The notes beneath the pieces are model-generated. The model saw only the letters and a program-made list of their open reading frames with translations. It was not told the DNA's origin and did no database searches. A program made the translations under genes and the position numbers. This document shows positions 34,487 to 46,032 of a DNA stretch of 64,000 nucleotides, in pieces. Source of the stretch: Bacteroidota bacterium (lineage in GTDB: Bacteria > Bacteroidota > Bacteroidia > AKYH767-A > OLB10); the NCBI GenBank assembly GCA_016714005.1, contig JADJOA010000009.1, forward strand, positions 15,419-79,418, in the 5' to 3' direction. Numbering within the stretch: position 1 is the first letter of the stretch; each line of letters opens with the position of its first letter.

Positions 34487-36886
34487 TTATTTCGTCTTTA
34501 CAATTTTTAAGGTTGATGAAATTCCTTCTTTTGATAAAATATTTATAAAGTAAACACCAGCATCCATTTTTTTGTTCACTATAAATGTTCCTGAACGCGA
34601 TGTTAAAGTTTCTTTTATAATTTCTTTACCGGTAACATCTGTTAACCTTAAGTATGCGTTGCTGTACTCATTGCCAAGCAATGAGTAATTTATTGAAATA
34701 ATATTCTCAAAAGGATTTGGAGATACATTAACAGAGGCTATCTTATCCTTTATTTGAGCAATAGATGCAGGTCCTTCAGTAACTTCAAACTTATCAAAGC
34801 CTCCTTCTACAATACTGCCGGGAGCATTATCAAAAGTTTCAACAATTAACTGCATGTTGGCAGTTGGAGTAATATACTGCCCCACAACCCAAGTTGATGA
34901 AACCCATGTTCCATTTCCAGGCGAAGACGGAACAAGGTTTTCAAGTGTTACTGTAGTGATGCCATTAGTAAGTTTAACATTCATCTCATCGTTAGGCTGA
35001 TTGCCGTTTAATGCTGCGTTAACAAACCATCTTTCGTAACTAATAATTGGGTTTATGAACGATGTAAGATCAAAAACAGGAGAAGTTAACGTAACCGTTC
35101 CGTCATTAGGATCAACATCATGATCAGCGGGACCTCCGGCTGCGTTACCTGTAACATAAGCCAGATCAAGGCAATCGCTGTTTGAATCAAATTCCGGGTT
35201 GGCAGGGTTGCCACCATTAGTTGTAGTACCAATTGGCTCACCACGTGTCCAATCATTTGCTGCACCTGTATTGGTCCATCCAAAATCAAGAGCAAAGTCA
35301 TCATAATAGCCTTTATCCAAAGCAATAGTGTTAGTTCCACCTCCGCTGTTTACAGTTATATTTCCGCAATCACTTCTATATCCCCATACGCCTGCCACAT
35401 AATCATAACTACCCGTAAAAAAACCAGGGATAGAAAAATTACCTGATGCATCGGAGGTTGTATTGTATGAAAAGCTTGAATTGACAAAATTAACCTGTGC
35501 ATTAGGTATTGGATTGCCGTTGGCATTATCTATAACCTGACCATTTAAAGTTAAAGGCGTACCTATTGGAGCAAGTTGAACGTTAAGATTTGTAACAACT
35601 CCATTTGCAAGCGAAACACCTGAAATGGTTTTGGTTATATACCCGTTCCTGCTGTAACGCACATCATAAGTTCCAGCCTGGTAATAACCTGTTTTATATT
35701 CACCCGTAATTTTAGAATTCTTACTAATGCCTGTTGTAAGAATTTCAACCAATGCATTATTAATAGGCAAACCGGTAACACTGTCTGTTACTATACCTTC
35801 AAGATAACATGCTCTTACATAAGTAGGTGTTAGTACATATAACCCATTATCAATATCACTAACTAAAACATTACCCGAGGGTAAATACATATAAACTCCC
35901 CATGCACCATTAAATCCACCACCGGTACCCTGAACATAAGTATCAAACCAGCCTATAAAAATTATGTTATCTGGTCTTTCAACATCAGCAATAGCAGTTC
36001 CATCTTTATACCATGATGAAACCGCATAATCCGTTCCATTTTTTTCTATTACATAAGTGTTGTGAACAATAGACTGTGAGCCCGGTGTTATCTGCATTCT
36101 GTCTAATTCAGAAATATTGTTTGGATTTGAAACATCATAGGATGTAAGAAATGAGTTTGGAACCTCATCAGTTGTAAATAGCGCTTGTGAGTTAGTTGAA
36201 AGCCATGAGTTGTGTGTGAACAAACCGGGAGTTTGTTGAGCATTTAAAGTTACCGGATTAGATTTGTTTGTTACATCAACTACCGAAAACTCGCCTTGAT
36301 AAATATGACATGGATAATAAAAATTGCCGCGCGCCATTCCATCATGAACGTATGTTGTACCTAAGTTGCTTAAATAGGTTGGGTTCCATGGATCTGCATT
36401 TAAATCGCAGATAATGGTTGTACCATTAAACAAATTTGAGCCATGCAGATAAATATAACCGTCATCAATATGCAGTGAGTGTATATTATCTAACTGGCCT
36501 GCTATTACTCCATCTCCTGTGTACTGCGTATAGGGTGCTGCCGCTGGCAATTGGCTTAGATCAACAATAGTAAGTCCGCCACCACCTTCGGTAGTAACAT
36601 AGGCATAGTGGCTGTGTGTTCTTACCTCTCGCCAAATCGAATTAGGACCAGGTATAAGAAATAATTCAGTTGGTGTTGTTGGGTTGGTAACATCTACAAT
36701 TGATAAACCCGATTCTGTACCTACAAGTGCATATTCGTTTCCAGAATTATCCCACCAGCCCCAAATATTGGAAAGTGCATCAGATGGATAAGGAAGTGTT
36801 CCCTGCAAAGTAAAATTGAAATTTTGTGCATTTGAAAATGATAACAGGCAAGAAACTGCTATCGCTAAGTAAAATCTTTTAAGCAT
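34487..36886 (-). CDS. Secreted LVIVD-repeat (choice-of-anchor B-like) protein with a T9SS C-terminal sorting domain.
   Basis: Signal peptide. LVIVD-type repeats (GLSIVDVTNPTTP, GLTIVDLSQLP). Carboxypeptidase-regulatory-like domain. CTD ...SPNPFENIISINYSL...GVYFINILSKEGISSTLKIVKTK. Confidence 0.75.
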   Translation of the reverse strand: MLKRFYLAIAVSCLLSFSNAQNFNFTLQGTLPYPSDALSNIWGWWDNSGNEYALVGTESGLSIVDVTNPTTPTELFLIPGPNSIWREVRTHSHYAYVTTEGGGGLTIVDLSQLPAAAPYTQYTGDGVIAGQLDNIHSLHIDDGYIYLHGSNLFNGTTIICDLNADPWNPTYLSNLGTTYVHDGMARGNFYYPCHIYQGEFSVVDVTNKSNPVTLNAQQTPGLFTHNSWLSTNSQALFTTDEVPNSFLTSYDVSNPNNISELDRMQITPGSQSIVHNTYVIEKNGTDYAVSSWYKDGTAIADVERPDNIIFIGWFDTYVQGTGGGFNGAWGVYMYLPSGNVLVSDIDNGLYVLTPTYVRACYLEGIVTDSVTGLPINNALVEILTTGISKNSKITGEYKTGYYQAGTYDVRYSRNGYITKTISGVSLANGVVTNLNVQLAPIGTPLTLNGQVIDNANGNPIPNAQVNFVNSSFSYNTTSDASGNFSIPGFFTGSYDYVAGVWGYRSDCGNITVNSGGGTNTIALDKGYYDDFALDFGWTNTGAANDWTRGEPIGTTTNGGNPANPEFDSNSDCLDLAYVTGNAAGGPADHDVDPNDGTVTLTSPVFDLTSFINPIISYERWFVNAALNGNQPNDEMNVKLTNGITTVTLENLVPSSPGNGTWVSSTWVVGQYITPTANMQLIVETFDNAPGSIVEGGFDKFEVTEGPASIAQIKDKIASVNVSPNPFENIISINYSLLGNEYSNAYLRLTDVTGKEIIKETLTSRSGTFIVNKKMDAGVYFINILSKEGISSTLKIVKTK

Positions 36887-36979
36887 GGTGTGATTTAAAA
36901 ATTTAAGGTTTGCTAAACTAAAATAAATAGGCGTAGTGATGGGTTGCAGTTGTTACTTCGCTGCAATTTTTTAATGGCA

Positions 36980-38170
36980 TCACGACTTCTTTTTTAACAG
37001 ACAAACAAACATGGTGTCGGCTCCTTTAGTATAGCCTTCAATTATTTTTTTTTCAATAACTAAAGCTGAAGAATTTTTTAAAAAATCATTTATAACTCCC
37101 TCATTTTCTCTCTTAAAAACCGAGCAGGTTATATACAAAAGGAGTCCACCAACTTTAAGACATTCAAAAGCTTTGTTAATGATTTGTAGTTGTAATTCAG
37201 CCAGCTCTTCCATTTTTGTTTTGTTAAAATATGTTAACGCTTCAGGTGTGCGCGCCCATGTTCCGCTTCCACTGCATGGTACATCGGCAATAATCCCATC
37301 AACTTTACTTTTTAAAAAGGAAGGATTTTCCTTTTGCAAATCACATTCATTAATTGAAAAATTAACGGCACCAGCTTTTTTAAGTCTTGCTTCTGCATTT
37401 TCTAAAATACTTTTGCGTGTATCGAAATAATAAGTCTTGTTTCAGGAAATTTTCCTTAATCAACAAGCTTTTTCCTCCACTACCTGCGCAACAATCCCAC
37501 CATACATCTTCATACTTAATATTGTTTAAAACGTTTATAGTTTGTTGAGATGATAGATCCTGTATTTCAAAATATCCTATTTTGTAACAGTCTAAATCAG
37601 TAAGGTTTGCAGACGGGTTAAAGGAAAAAGAAAATTCGTTATCACTCAATTCAAAAGTTAAATTTCTGGTTTCAATTTCAGCAATAAATTGTTTTAAAAA
37701 ATCTTTTCTGACTCTTACCCAAACATACGGCTGCTTTAATATTGAATTATTCAATTGGGTGCGATCAACCCCTTCGCTCAATTCATTTTTGAAAGGAAAA
37801 AGGTTTGTGAGGTCAACATTTATCCCAATGTGTTTTAATTTTTGTGCGTGTATATATTTCATTGTCTATTGATTCCAACTCATTAAAGTTGAATTTTTCT
37901 TTAAAAATCAATTGTAGAGTGGTTGATATTATCTGAAAGTAAAAAATCTGAAACATTGATTTTAGCCTCCAAAGAAATATTGCCTAAAGCATTGTTAAGT
38001 CTAAAAAAATTATACAAACTACTCCTTATTCCACGTCTGTCATTAGACCCTAAATTTTTATTTCCTATAAAATAATTCTTCAGGAATAAATGTAAGGGAA
38101 CCGAACCATTGTAGTTTTGAAGAATTTGGATAATGTGTTTAAAAATAAAAAGCCGCGATGTTTTGCTCAT
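36980..38170 (-). CDS. NOL1/NOP2/Sun-family rRNA cytosine-C5-methyltransferase (RsmB-like). Frameshift near 37400.
   Basis: SAM-binding motif DCCAGSGGKSLLI. Catalytic ADVPCSGSGTWARTPE and LLYITCSV. Confidence 0.75.
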
Positions 38171-38171
38171 A

Positions 38172-38399
38172 CTATTTGGCAGAAACAGAGTCTCTGTTTA
38201 AAACTGAATCTACTTTAGACTGAGAAATTGTATCCAATCTAGTTTGTTTACCAATAGACGAAGAGTCTCGTGGAATATTCATCCATTGCGATTCTCTGTT
38301 AGGCTGTGAGCAGGAATAGATGAATAATACAAAAACTAAACTAGAAAAAGAAAAAAGCCTGAAAAATTTTCTTTGAATAACTGATATAATTGATAACAT
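38172..38399 (-). CDS. Small putative lipoprotein.
   Basis: 75 aa with signal peptide and lipobox-like ...IYSCSQ. Confidence 0.35.
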   Translation of the reverse strand: MLSIISVIQRKFFRLFSFSSLVFVLFIYSCSQPNRESQWMNIPRDSSSIGKQTRLDTISQSKVDSVLNRDSVSAK

Positions 38400-38461
38400 A
38401 TTTCTGTTGTATTAAATTGTAAAATTTTAACAAACCGAATATCTTAAACAAACATATATTC

Positions 38462-39631
38462 GTGCTCCCAAAAATAAAAAACAAGCTTACAATGAAATTT
38501 GCCACCAAAGCATTACATGCAGGAATAGAACCCGATCCAAGTACTGGAGCTATTATGACTCCTATTTACCAGACATCAACTTATGTGCAGGCAAGCCCCG
38601 GCAATCATAAGGGTTATGCTTATGCAAGGGGTAAAAACCCGACTCGAACGCAGTTAGAAAAAAATCTTGCCGCTTTAGAAAACGCAAAATATTGTTTGTG
38701 TTTTTCAAGTGGCATGGGGGCTATTGATGCTGTTGCAAAACTTTTACGCCCTGGCGATGAGGTAATAACAGGAGATGATTTGTATGGAGGCACATACCGC
38801 ATGTTCACTAAAGTTTTTGAACACTTTGGTATTAAGTTCCATTTTATTGATTTAAAAGATGCTAACAACATTAATAAACACATTAATAATAACACCAAAC
38901 TTATATGGCTTGAAACACCTACTAACCCAACCATGCAAATTGTTGATATTGCGGCCTGCGCTGCTATTGCCAAAACAAACAATTTGTTGCTGGCAGTTGA
39001 TAATACTTTTGCATCACCCTATTTGCAAAATCCATTAGATATGGGTGCAGATATTATTATGCACTCTGTTACAAAATATTTAGGAGGGCATAGTGATGTT
39101 GTTATGGGTGCGCTTTGTTTAAATAATGATAAGCTTTATGAGCAATTAGCATTTATACACAATTCCTGTGGAGCTACACCCGGTCCTATGGATAGTTTTT
39201 TGGTTTTGCGTGGCATTAAAACTTTACACCTGCGTATGCAAAGGCACTGCGAAAACGGAAAACATATTGCAGAATTTCTAAAAACACATCCTAAAATAAG
39301 TAAAGTGTACTGGCCTGGCTTTACCGACCATCCAAACCATGCTATTGCAAAAAAACAAATGCGTGATTTTGGCGGAATGATTTCTTTTGATATTAAATCG
39401 GGCAGCAAAGAGGATGCGTTTAAAATTGCATCTTCAACTCAAGTGTTCTCTTTGGCTGAATCCTTAGGTGGTGTTGAATCACTTATTAACCATCCGGCAA
39501 CTATGACTCATGCCTCCATTCCTCAGGCAGAAAGAGAGCGTGTAGGAGTAACTGATTCGTTATTGAGATTAAGTGTTGGAATTGAAGACATAGATGATTT
39601 GCTTGAAGACCTCAAAACTGCTCTTAACTAA
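38462..39631 (+). CDS. PLP-dependent trans-sulfuration enzyme (cystathionine gamma-synthase/beta-lyase / methionine gamma-lyase family).
   Basis: Cys/Met-metabolism PLP family, with SVTKYLGGHSDVVMGAL as the PLP-Lys motif. Intact 389-aa ORF. Confidence 0.85.
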   Translation: MLPKIKNKLTMKFATKALHAGIEPDPSTGAIMTPIYQTSTYVQASPGNHKGYAYARGKNPTRTQLEKNLAALENAKYCLCFSSGMGAIDAVAKLLRPGDEVITGDDLYGGTYRMFTKVFEHFGIKFHFIDLKDANNINKHINNNTKLIWLETPTNPTMQIVDIAACAAIAKTNNLLLAVDNTFASPYLQNPLDMGADIIMHSVTKYLGGHSDVVMGALCLNNDKLYEQLAFIHNSCGATPGPMDSFLVLRGIKTLHLRMQRHCENGKHIAEFLKTHPKISKVYWPGFTDHPNHAIAKKQMRDFGGMISFDIKSGSKEDAFKIASSTQVFSLAESLGGVESLINHPATMTHASIPQAERERVGVTDSLLRLSVGIEDIDDLLEDLKTALN

Positions 39632-39744
39632 GAATTTCAACTATGATAATTGCCATAGTTTTGTTACAAAAAAATATTTGCCCTGTACTTTGTAAATTTT
39701 ATTTTCGCATAATCAATACCATCAAAAATCTACATAATAAAAAA

Positions 39745-41825
39745 ATGAAAAAACTTTCTCTCTTATCAATTTTATTTTTGGCTACAGTGGTTAGCCTAAA
39801 TGCACAACAGCTTACAAACTGGTGTGGTTCTGACGCTGTTAACAATGCAGCAGAAAAAAACAATCCTGATGTTGCCCGCACAAGGCAGCAATTAGAGGAG
39901 TTTACACGCAACTTTAATCCACAAAACCTGCAGGCAAAAAGAAATTCTGCCGTACCAACATATTTTATACCTGTTGTGGTGCATGTAATTCACGATTGCG
40001 GACCCGCAAATATTTCTGATGCTCAAGTGTACGATATGATTAGGGTAATAAACGAAGATTTTCAAAATTGAATGCTGATACCGCAAGTATTGTTCCTGCT
40101 TTTCAGGGAATTGCGGCTGATTGTGAAATTGAATTTCGCTTAGCCCGATTAGACCCTAATGGAAATTGCACAAACGGAATTGACAGGATCAAATCAATAA
40201 AAACTTATGATGCCGATGATGCTTCTAAATTGAACCCTTGGCCATCTGACGAATATCTCAATATATGGACCGTATCTAACTTTGGTACATCACATGCAAA
40301 TGCCGCAGCCTATGCCTATTAATCCAGGTGCTGCCCCTAATGGAAAAGATGGTATAATTTCTTTACATAATTACGTAGGTAGCATTGGAACAAGCAGTTT
40401 AGGAAATAGCAGAACTATTACACATGAAATTGGGCATTGGATAAATTTAGCCCATGTTTGGGGAAGCACGAACCAAGCTGGTGTTGCTTGTGGGGATGAT
40501 AATGTTGGTGATACCCCGGATACTAAAGGGCACTCTCCGGGTAACTGTAACCTTAATGATCAGACATGTACTCCAGGTGTTATTGAAAATGTTCAAAACT
40601 ATATGGAATATGCTTACTGCCCAAACATGTTTACAGAAGGACAAAAGTTAAGAATGTTAACTGCATTAAATAGCACTATTGGAGGAAGAGACAACTTGTG
40701 GTCTCCTGCCAATCTAATAGCAACTGGAATTGATGCTCCTCTTGCACCTTGTGTTCCGACTGCTGCTTTTTGTGTTGATACCAAATTTATTTGCGAAGGT
40801 GGTTCACTTACATTTACCAGCCGCTCTTTAAATTTAGATGCAACCGGTAATTCTTATTTGTGGACAATTAATGGCGCTACCTCTGCCAACCCAACAAGCG
40901 AAACAACAACTTTTACATTTCCAACTGCGGGCGCATACGATGTTACTTTAGAAGTTACAAATGCAACAGGTACAAATTCATTTACAGCTCCCAGTATGGT
41001 AATTGTGACACCTACCGTAGGCAGTACAGCCGCTCCAATAGTAGAGGGATTTGAATCTATTACAGTGCCCGGTGGAGAATGGGCTGGTGTTAATGGAGGG
41101 GGAAATGCTTGGCAGCAAACTACTGTAGCTGCGCACTTAGGTACAACTTCAATGCGCTTGCAAAATTTCACTGGAAACACCTCCTTCACTACTGATGATT
41201 TAATCACAGCAACTTATTCAACGTTAAACACTACCAACGTTGCACTTAACTTTTGGCTTGCGGCAGCTTTAAAGTCATCAACAAGTGCCGATGCTCTTAA
41301 AGTTTATGGCTCTACCAACAATGGTGCTACATGGGGGTTAAGAAAAACTCTTACTCAAGCGACACTTACAACCACTGGAAGTAATATTCTTACAAACTTT
41401 ACACCCACTCCAGCACAATGGCTACAACAAAATGTAGCACTTGGATCAAGCTATAATAACAAGGCTACTGTACGTTTTAAATTTGAGTTTAATTTCGTAA
41501 ATGCTAACAATGTTTATATTGACGATATTAATTTAACCGGAACGTTGGATTAAACGAAATTTCAATTGCACCTGATGCGGTATCGGTTTATCCAAACCCT
41601 GCTGAAAACAATGCAACTGTTAAACTGATACTCGAACAAAAAACTAATGTTCAGGTAAGTTTAATAGATGTTTTAGGTAAAGTTGTTTATTCGAGGACTG
41701 ATAATGATTTAGAGCCTAACGAATATATTTTTGAAATTCCACTAACAGGGTTAACTGCAGGTGTATATTTCATTAAATTGAATTCTGAAAAACAGCAGTT
41801 GAGCGAAAAATTAGTTATCAAGTAA
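39745..41825 (+). CDS. Secreted M43-family zinc metalloprotease with PKD-like and T9SS C-terminal sorting domains. Three frameshifts.
   Basis: Signal peptide MKKLSLLSILFLATVVSLNAQ. HEIGHWINLAHVWG zinc motif and Met-turn region. CTD ...SVYPNPAENNATVKLILEQKTNVQVSLIDVLGKVVY...GVYFIKLNSEKQQLSEKLVIK recovered after 41553. Confidence 0.8.
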
Positions 41826-41847
41826 GCAAAATAAATCAGCGTATAAA

Positions 41848-41882
41848 AAAAGAAGCGGTTATTGTATAACCGCTTCTTTTTT
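41848..41882. terminator. Bidirectional rho-independent terminator between convergent genes.
   Basis: AGAAGCGGTTA-TTGTA-TAACCGCTTCT perfect hairpin flanked by an A-run and a T-run. Confidence 0.75.
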
Positions 41883-41901
41883 TATGCGCACGCAGCCTAT
41901 T

Positions 41902-43469
41902 TTATTCCACCCTAGACTTATTGCTTAACTTGTTTGTTAAATTATAGCTTACTCCAATGAACGCTCCCAATTTAAAAACACGTTCACTAGGAGGAGAAGA
42001 ATTTAAATCACTAACCGCATAAGATTTATTTTTTCAAACTTTCCATCAAGCAAATTCACTGCCCCACCTGCTACACCAGCATTAATAATAAACCTGTCTA
42101 AGTCTCCAAGAAATAAAGAACCACCTAACATATACTTTAAGTTTTCGGCATTGTTGGTACTTAAGCCAAAACAACCTCCTATCCTGCTTGGCTTGTTTAC
42201 ATTTTTGTATACATGTACTAAAAACCCAATTGAAGGAAGAAAATCATTCTGGTCTTTATCTTCTTTAATGGTTCCAAACTGTACTCCATTGGTAACTCCC
42301 GCATCTTCATAGTGATAATCTTTATCACTAATTAAAAAATTAAAGAAAAATCCTGAAGAGAAATCAACTTTATAACCACCTTCAACATTAATATCATACT
42401 TTAATGTCTTTTTATAGGTGCTGGTTTTATTTAAAGAGTTTGGTGCTATGGCAATAGAAGTAGAGTATTTATCAACATCTGGAATTTGAACTACTTCTGT
42501 TATGGTAAAGTTTTTAGGATTAAATGCATTGTAAATATTCGTAATCTGCTCAAAAAGATTAAAATAATTATAATCTGAGATACGATCTTTTAATGACTTA
42601 ATATCACTCATCATATCTTTTACGGCATCTTCAGGAACTCCAATACCTTTAAGGTTGGTTCTGTCAAGTGATGCATAAGTTGTAAGAACATTGTCAAAGC
42701 TTTTATCTACACGACTACGTTTATCAATAAAACCAAGCTTAAGAGCCAGTATATTGTTTTCGCCAAACAGTGTTGTGGTTAATATATTTCTGTCGTTCAT
42801 TAAAGAGTCAAGTGGTTTGTTATCCGTTTTCAAAATGTTTAGCATTTCACGGTAATAGGTTTTAGATTTTTCAAGATTATCCACATCAGACTTAAACTTT
42901 TTTACAGAATTTTTAAACCTGTAGTATGCAATTGCCATACTTCTTTCTGTAGGCAACCCTAATCCGGCTTGTGTAATTAAATCTACCCCTATATTATCAG
43001 CAGCATCGCTCATACGCTCCATATACACAGTATCTGGATTTGCACCAAGATATTTTTCTAACGTGGCATCAACATAAGGCTTGTTTGAAGAAATTTTTTC
43101 TGGACTAACACTTTCGGTTGAAAAAGGTATTAGTTCACTTCCTGTTCCTTCGTTAAAAATACTTCTTGCAATCTGTTCATTACTGTTGTCACTTTGAACA
43201 GTTTTGTTGTCAATCTTAACAGAGTAAAGGAATTTGTTGATGTTTCTGAGTTCTACCTTGTAGAATCCGCCCCTCATTATTTTAGGTTGCCATCTGTAAA
43301 AGAATTGTTAAGAGGAACATCTTTTTGGACATCGTAAACAATATCCAAATTGTTTTTTGCTGCTTTACCGGAATCTTTCTTGCCTCCTTTTTTTTGATTT
43401 TTGGGCAACTGCGCTCACGGTAAAAAATACTGCCATACATAAGATGGCAAACTGCTTCAGTTTAATCAT
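41902..43469 (-). CDS. Hypothetical secreted, probably outer-membrane, protein of about 520 aa. Frameshifts near 43280 and 42040.
   Basis: Signal peptide MIKLKQFAILCMAVFFTVSAVAQ. Long Asn/Lys-rich body. Beta-strand-rich C-terminal third. No family recognised. Confidence 0.4.
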
Positions 43470-43668
43470 ATTTATTATTGCTGGTGGTTAATTGTAAACA
43501 ATAAAAATTTAAAAAATTTGCTTGCGGTTGTGGAAGCGAATGTTATAACATTTTTTGTTTTAATCAAACACTTTTACACCGAACACAACTTTTTAACGAA
43601 CAGGTTTATTAAAGGTTGCATTTCAATCAAAAACGAAAAAATTAAGGAGGTCTTAGAGCCAATTATCA

Positions 43669-44085
43669 TTATTTCTCAAGTATATTTCCTAAGTCAGGCA
43701 AAAAGTAATTATTGCTTTTCATGATTTTTCCGTCTTCGCGGTAAATGGGTTTTCCGTTATCATCTAACTTGCTCATGTTACTACGGTGTATTTCATTAAA
43801 TACTTCGGCTATTTTATGTTGAAGCCCATGAGCTACGATGGTTCCGCAGAGGATGTAAAGTTTATCTCCAAGTGCATCTGCAATTTGTGTAAGGTTGTTT
43901 TTCATTGCAGCTTCCAAATATTCATCGTTTTCCTCCTGCATGAGGCGATGGCGTAATTCAATAATCTTTGAATCTATCCCGGCTTTAGGTTCATCATGGT
44001 AATCTGGCCCGAAAACACTATGAAATTCTTTTACCTTGTTAATGGTTTCCAATAAAGTTTGCATTTGAAATTTAATTTGATGCAA
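43669..44085 (-). CDS. MazG-like (all-alpha NTP pyrophosphohydrolase) family protein.
   Basis: 138 aa. ELRHRLMQEENDEYLEAAMKNNLTQIADALGDKLYILCGT shows the EExxE...D pattern of MazG/dimeric-dUTPase-like proteins. Confidence 0.45.
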   Translation of the reverse strand: MHQIKFQMQTLLETINKVKEFHSVFGPDYHDEPKAGIDSKIIELRHRLMQEENDEYLEAAMKNNLTQIADALGDKLYILCGTIVAHGLQHKIAEVFNEIHRSNMSKLDDNGKPIYREDGKIMKSNNYFLPDLGNILEK

Positions 44086-44208
44086 ATAACCTTAATAGCC
44101 ACCGAGCCTCAAAAAGATTTTTTAAACACCCGTTAGTAAAATATATAAAAAACAAAGGCTGACAAAAATCAGCCTTGGTTAATCAATAGAATTATTTAAT
44201 GGAAACTT

Positions 44209-45673
44209 CTATCTGGGAGTAGCAAAGTTCTCTCCTGTTTTTTTACCGTAATAATCAGGAGTGTTTTTATCATCAAAGTTTGCCGGATTGTAATTGCGTG
44301 CGTGCAGTTTTGCTTCCCATTGCTGGTCATATATCTCACCAGGAAAATCAGAATGCAATAGTGAAAAATTCTTACCTATCATATCCTTGTTATAAAAAAC
44401 AAACTTTTTGTTCGACTGATTCTGAATTTTATAATAGTGCCATATTTCATAAGGATAAGCGCTTGGTTCGTTATGTGATTCAGTTAATGTATTAGGCTTG
44501 CCATATTTGAGGTAAATTCTTCCTCTGTCTGTATTATATCCTTTTACTGCCCGGGTGCCATAATTTGCCTGTACAATTTCAACTTCCTGTTTATAATTTA
44601 ACCATGCCTGCTCAGGACTAACAGCATCTCTCTGCTGCCAAAAATGATAGAAAAATTTTTTCATGTAGCTAATGTCAGAAAGCTTAAGTTGATTTTCAAT
44701 GTAGGTGCTTTCATTTGCGTTAGCTATTGGTTGTAACGAGGAAATATGTTCTGAAAATAAGTCCTTATCATTAAAAGCATCTGCAAAGGTATTGGTTGTA
44801 TTTATATCATTAATATTTACCTGCTCCTCTGTTTTTTTTGCGACCGAATGCCTGTAAAAAAAAGCACTGTTGGTTGCAAGCAATACATTTTCTTTATTTT
44901 TAACATCTAACACAACATAATAGCTACCCGAAGGTAGTTCTGCAATATTGAATTTAGCCAAAACGGGGGTTACAGTTGTCGGCTGTTTTTTCACAAATGA
45001 ACTAAATTGTGGTACAATACTTTTATTCTCTGCATTCTGTATATAATAGTTCAGTAAAAATCATATCGCTGTTAGTCAAAGTTGTATTGTAAAACCTCGG
45101 CATAAAATTCAATTCAGATTTATCATTACTAAAAAAATTATCTACTTGTGGGATCAAATCATATCCGCTTTTACTCAATTTGGATGAACCTTCAACCGCT
45201 TTATTGAAACTTTCAATTAGCTCTATGTCAGAAACCGATACTTGAGATGGAGCATATTGAAGGACAATTTCCTGCTTTATCACATAAGGAGGCGTATCAG
45301 CATTCTTGTCTTTTACAGTAAGTTCTAATGTGTACTTGCCCGATGGAAGAGAGATGCGTTGCTGGTCTAAAAAATTAAACTTCACATCACTAATGCTTTC
45401 AACCTCTGGGCTTAATAAATTATACTTATCATAATTTTTGATGACATCGTCCTGCATAAACTTTGCGTTTACTTCAATTGCACCCTGGTATTTACCGCTT
45501 TCAGCTTGTTTAAACTCTACCGAACTGCCAAACACAGATAGATATGTTTCAACGTAAGAACCCTTTTCGGGCGAGTAGAATGTTTTGAAGGAGAATAATG
45601 CCTTCAGGTTTTTTGCCTGAAGCGACAGTGTCATTACAATGAGTATTGCAGTGGCAAATAATTTTTTGTTCAT
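44209..45673 (-). CDS. GWxTD-domain protein, secreted. Frameshift near 45010.
   Basis: Signal peptide MNKKLFATAILIVMTLSLQA. C-terminal GWxTD-like motifs (TDRGRIYLKYGKPN, YPYEIWHYY). Confidence 0.55.
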
Positions 45674-45779
45674 TGTATTAGGTTTTATAGTGTAAAGATA
45701 AGACTATTTAACACAGCATTTTGTTAACGCAAAGTCAAAAAAATTTTTGAGGAATAATAATTATTCTAATTTCGCGCCC

Positions 45780-45867
45780 GGAGAAATGGCAGAGTGGTCG
45801 ATTGCGGCAGTCTTGAAAACTGTTGAACCGTGAGGTTCCTGGGGTTCGAATCCCTATTTCTCCGCCA
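45780..45867 (+). tRNA. tRNA-Ser (anticodon UGA).
   Basis: 7-bp acceptor stem GGAGAAA/TTTCTCC. Anticodon loop CTTGAAA. Long variable arm GAACCGTGAGGTTCC. T-arm GGGGTTCGAATCCC. Discriminator G plus encoded CCA. Confidence 0.85.
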
Positions 45868-46032
45868 AAAACTAAGAAAGAGGTTGCTAAAAATTAAAGC
45901 AACCTCTTTTTATTTGCATTTACTTCTCTAATGTATTGCACATGTAATTTGTATTGATAAATATCGTAATGCAAAAAACTTTACTGAAAAAATATTTCTA
46001 CTTTTAACGCTTCAAACAAAAACAACAAGCAC

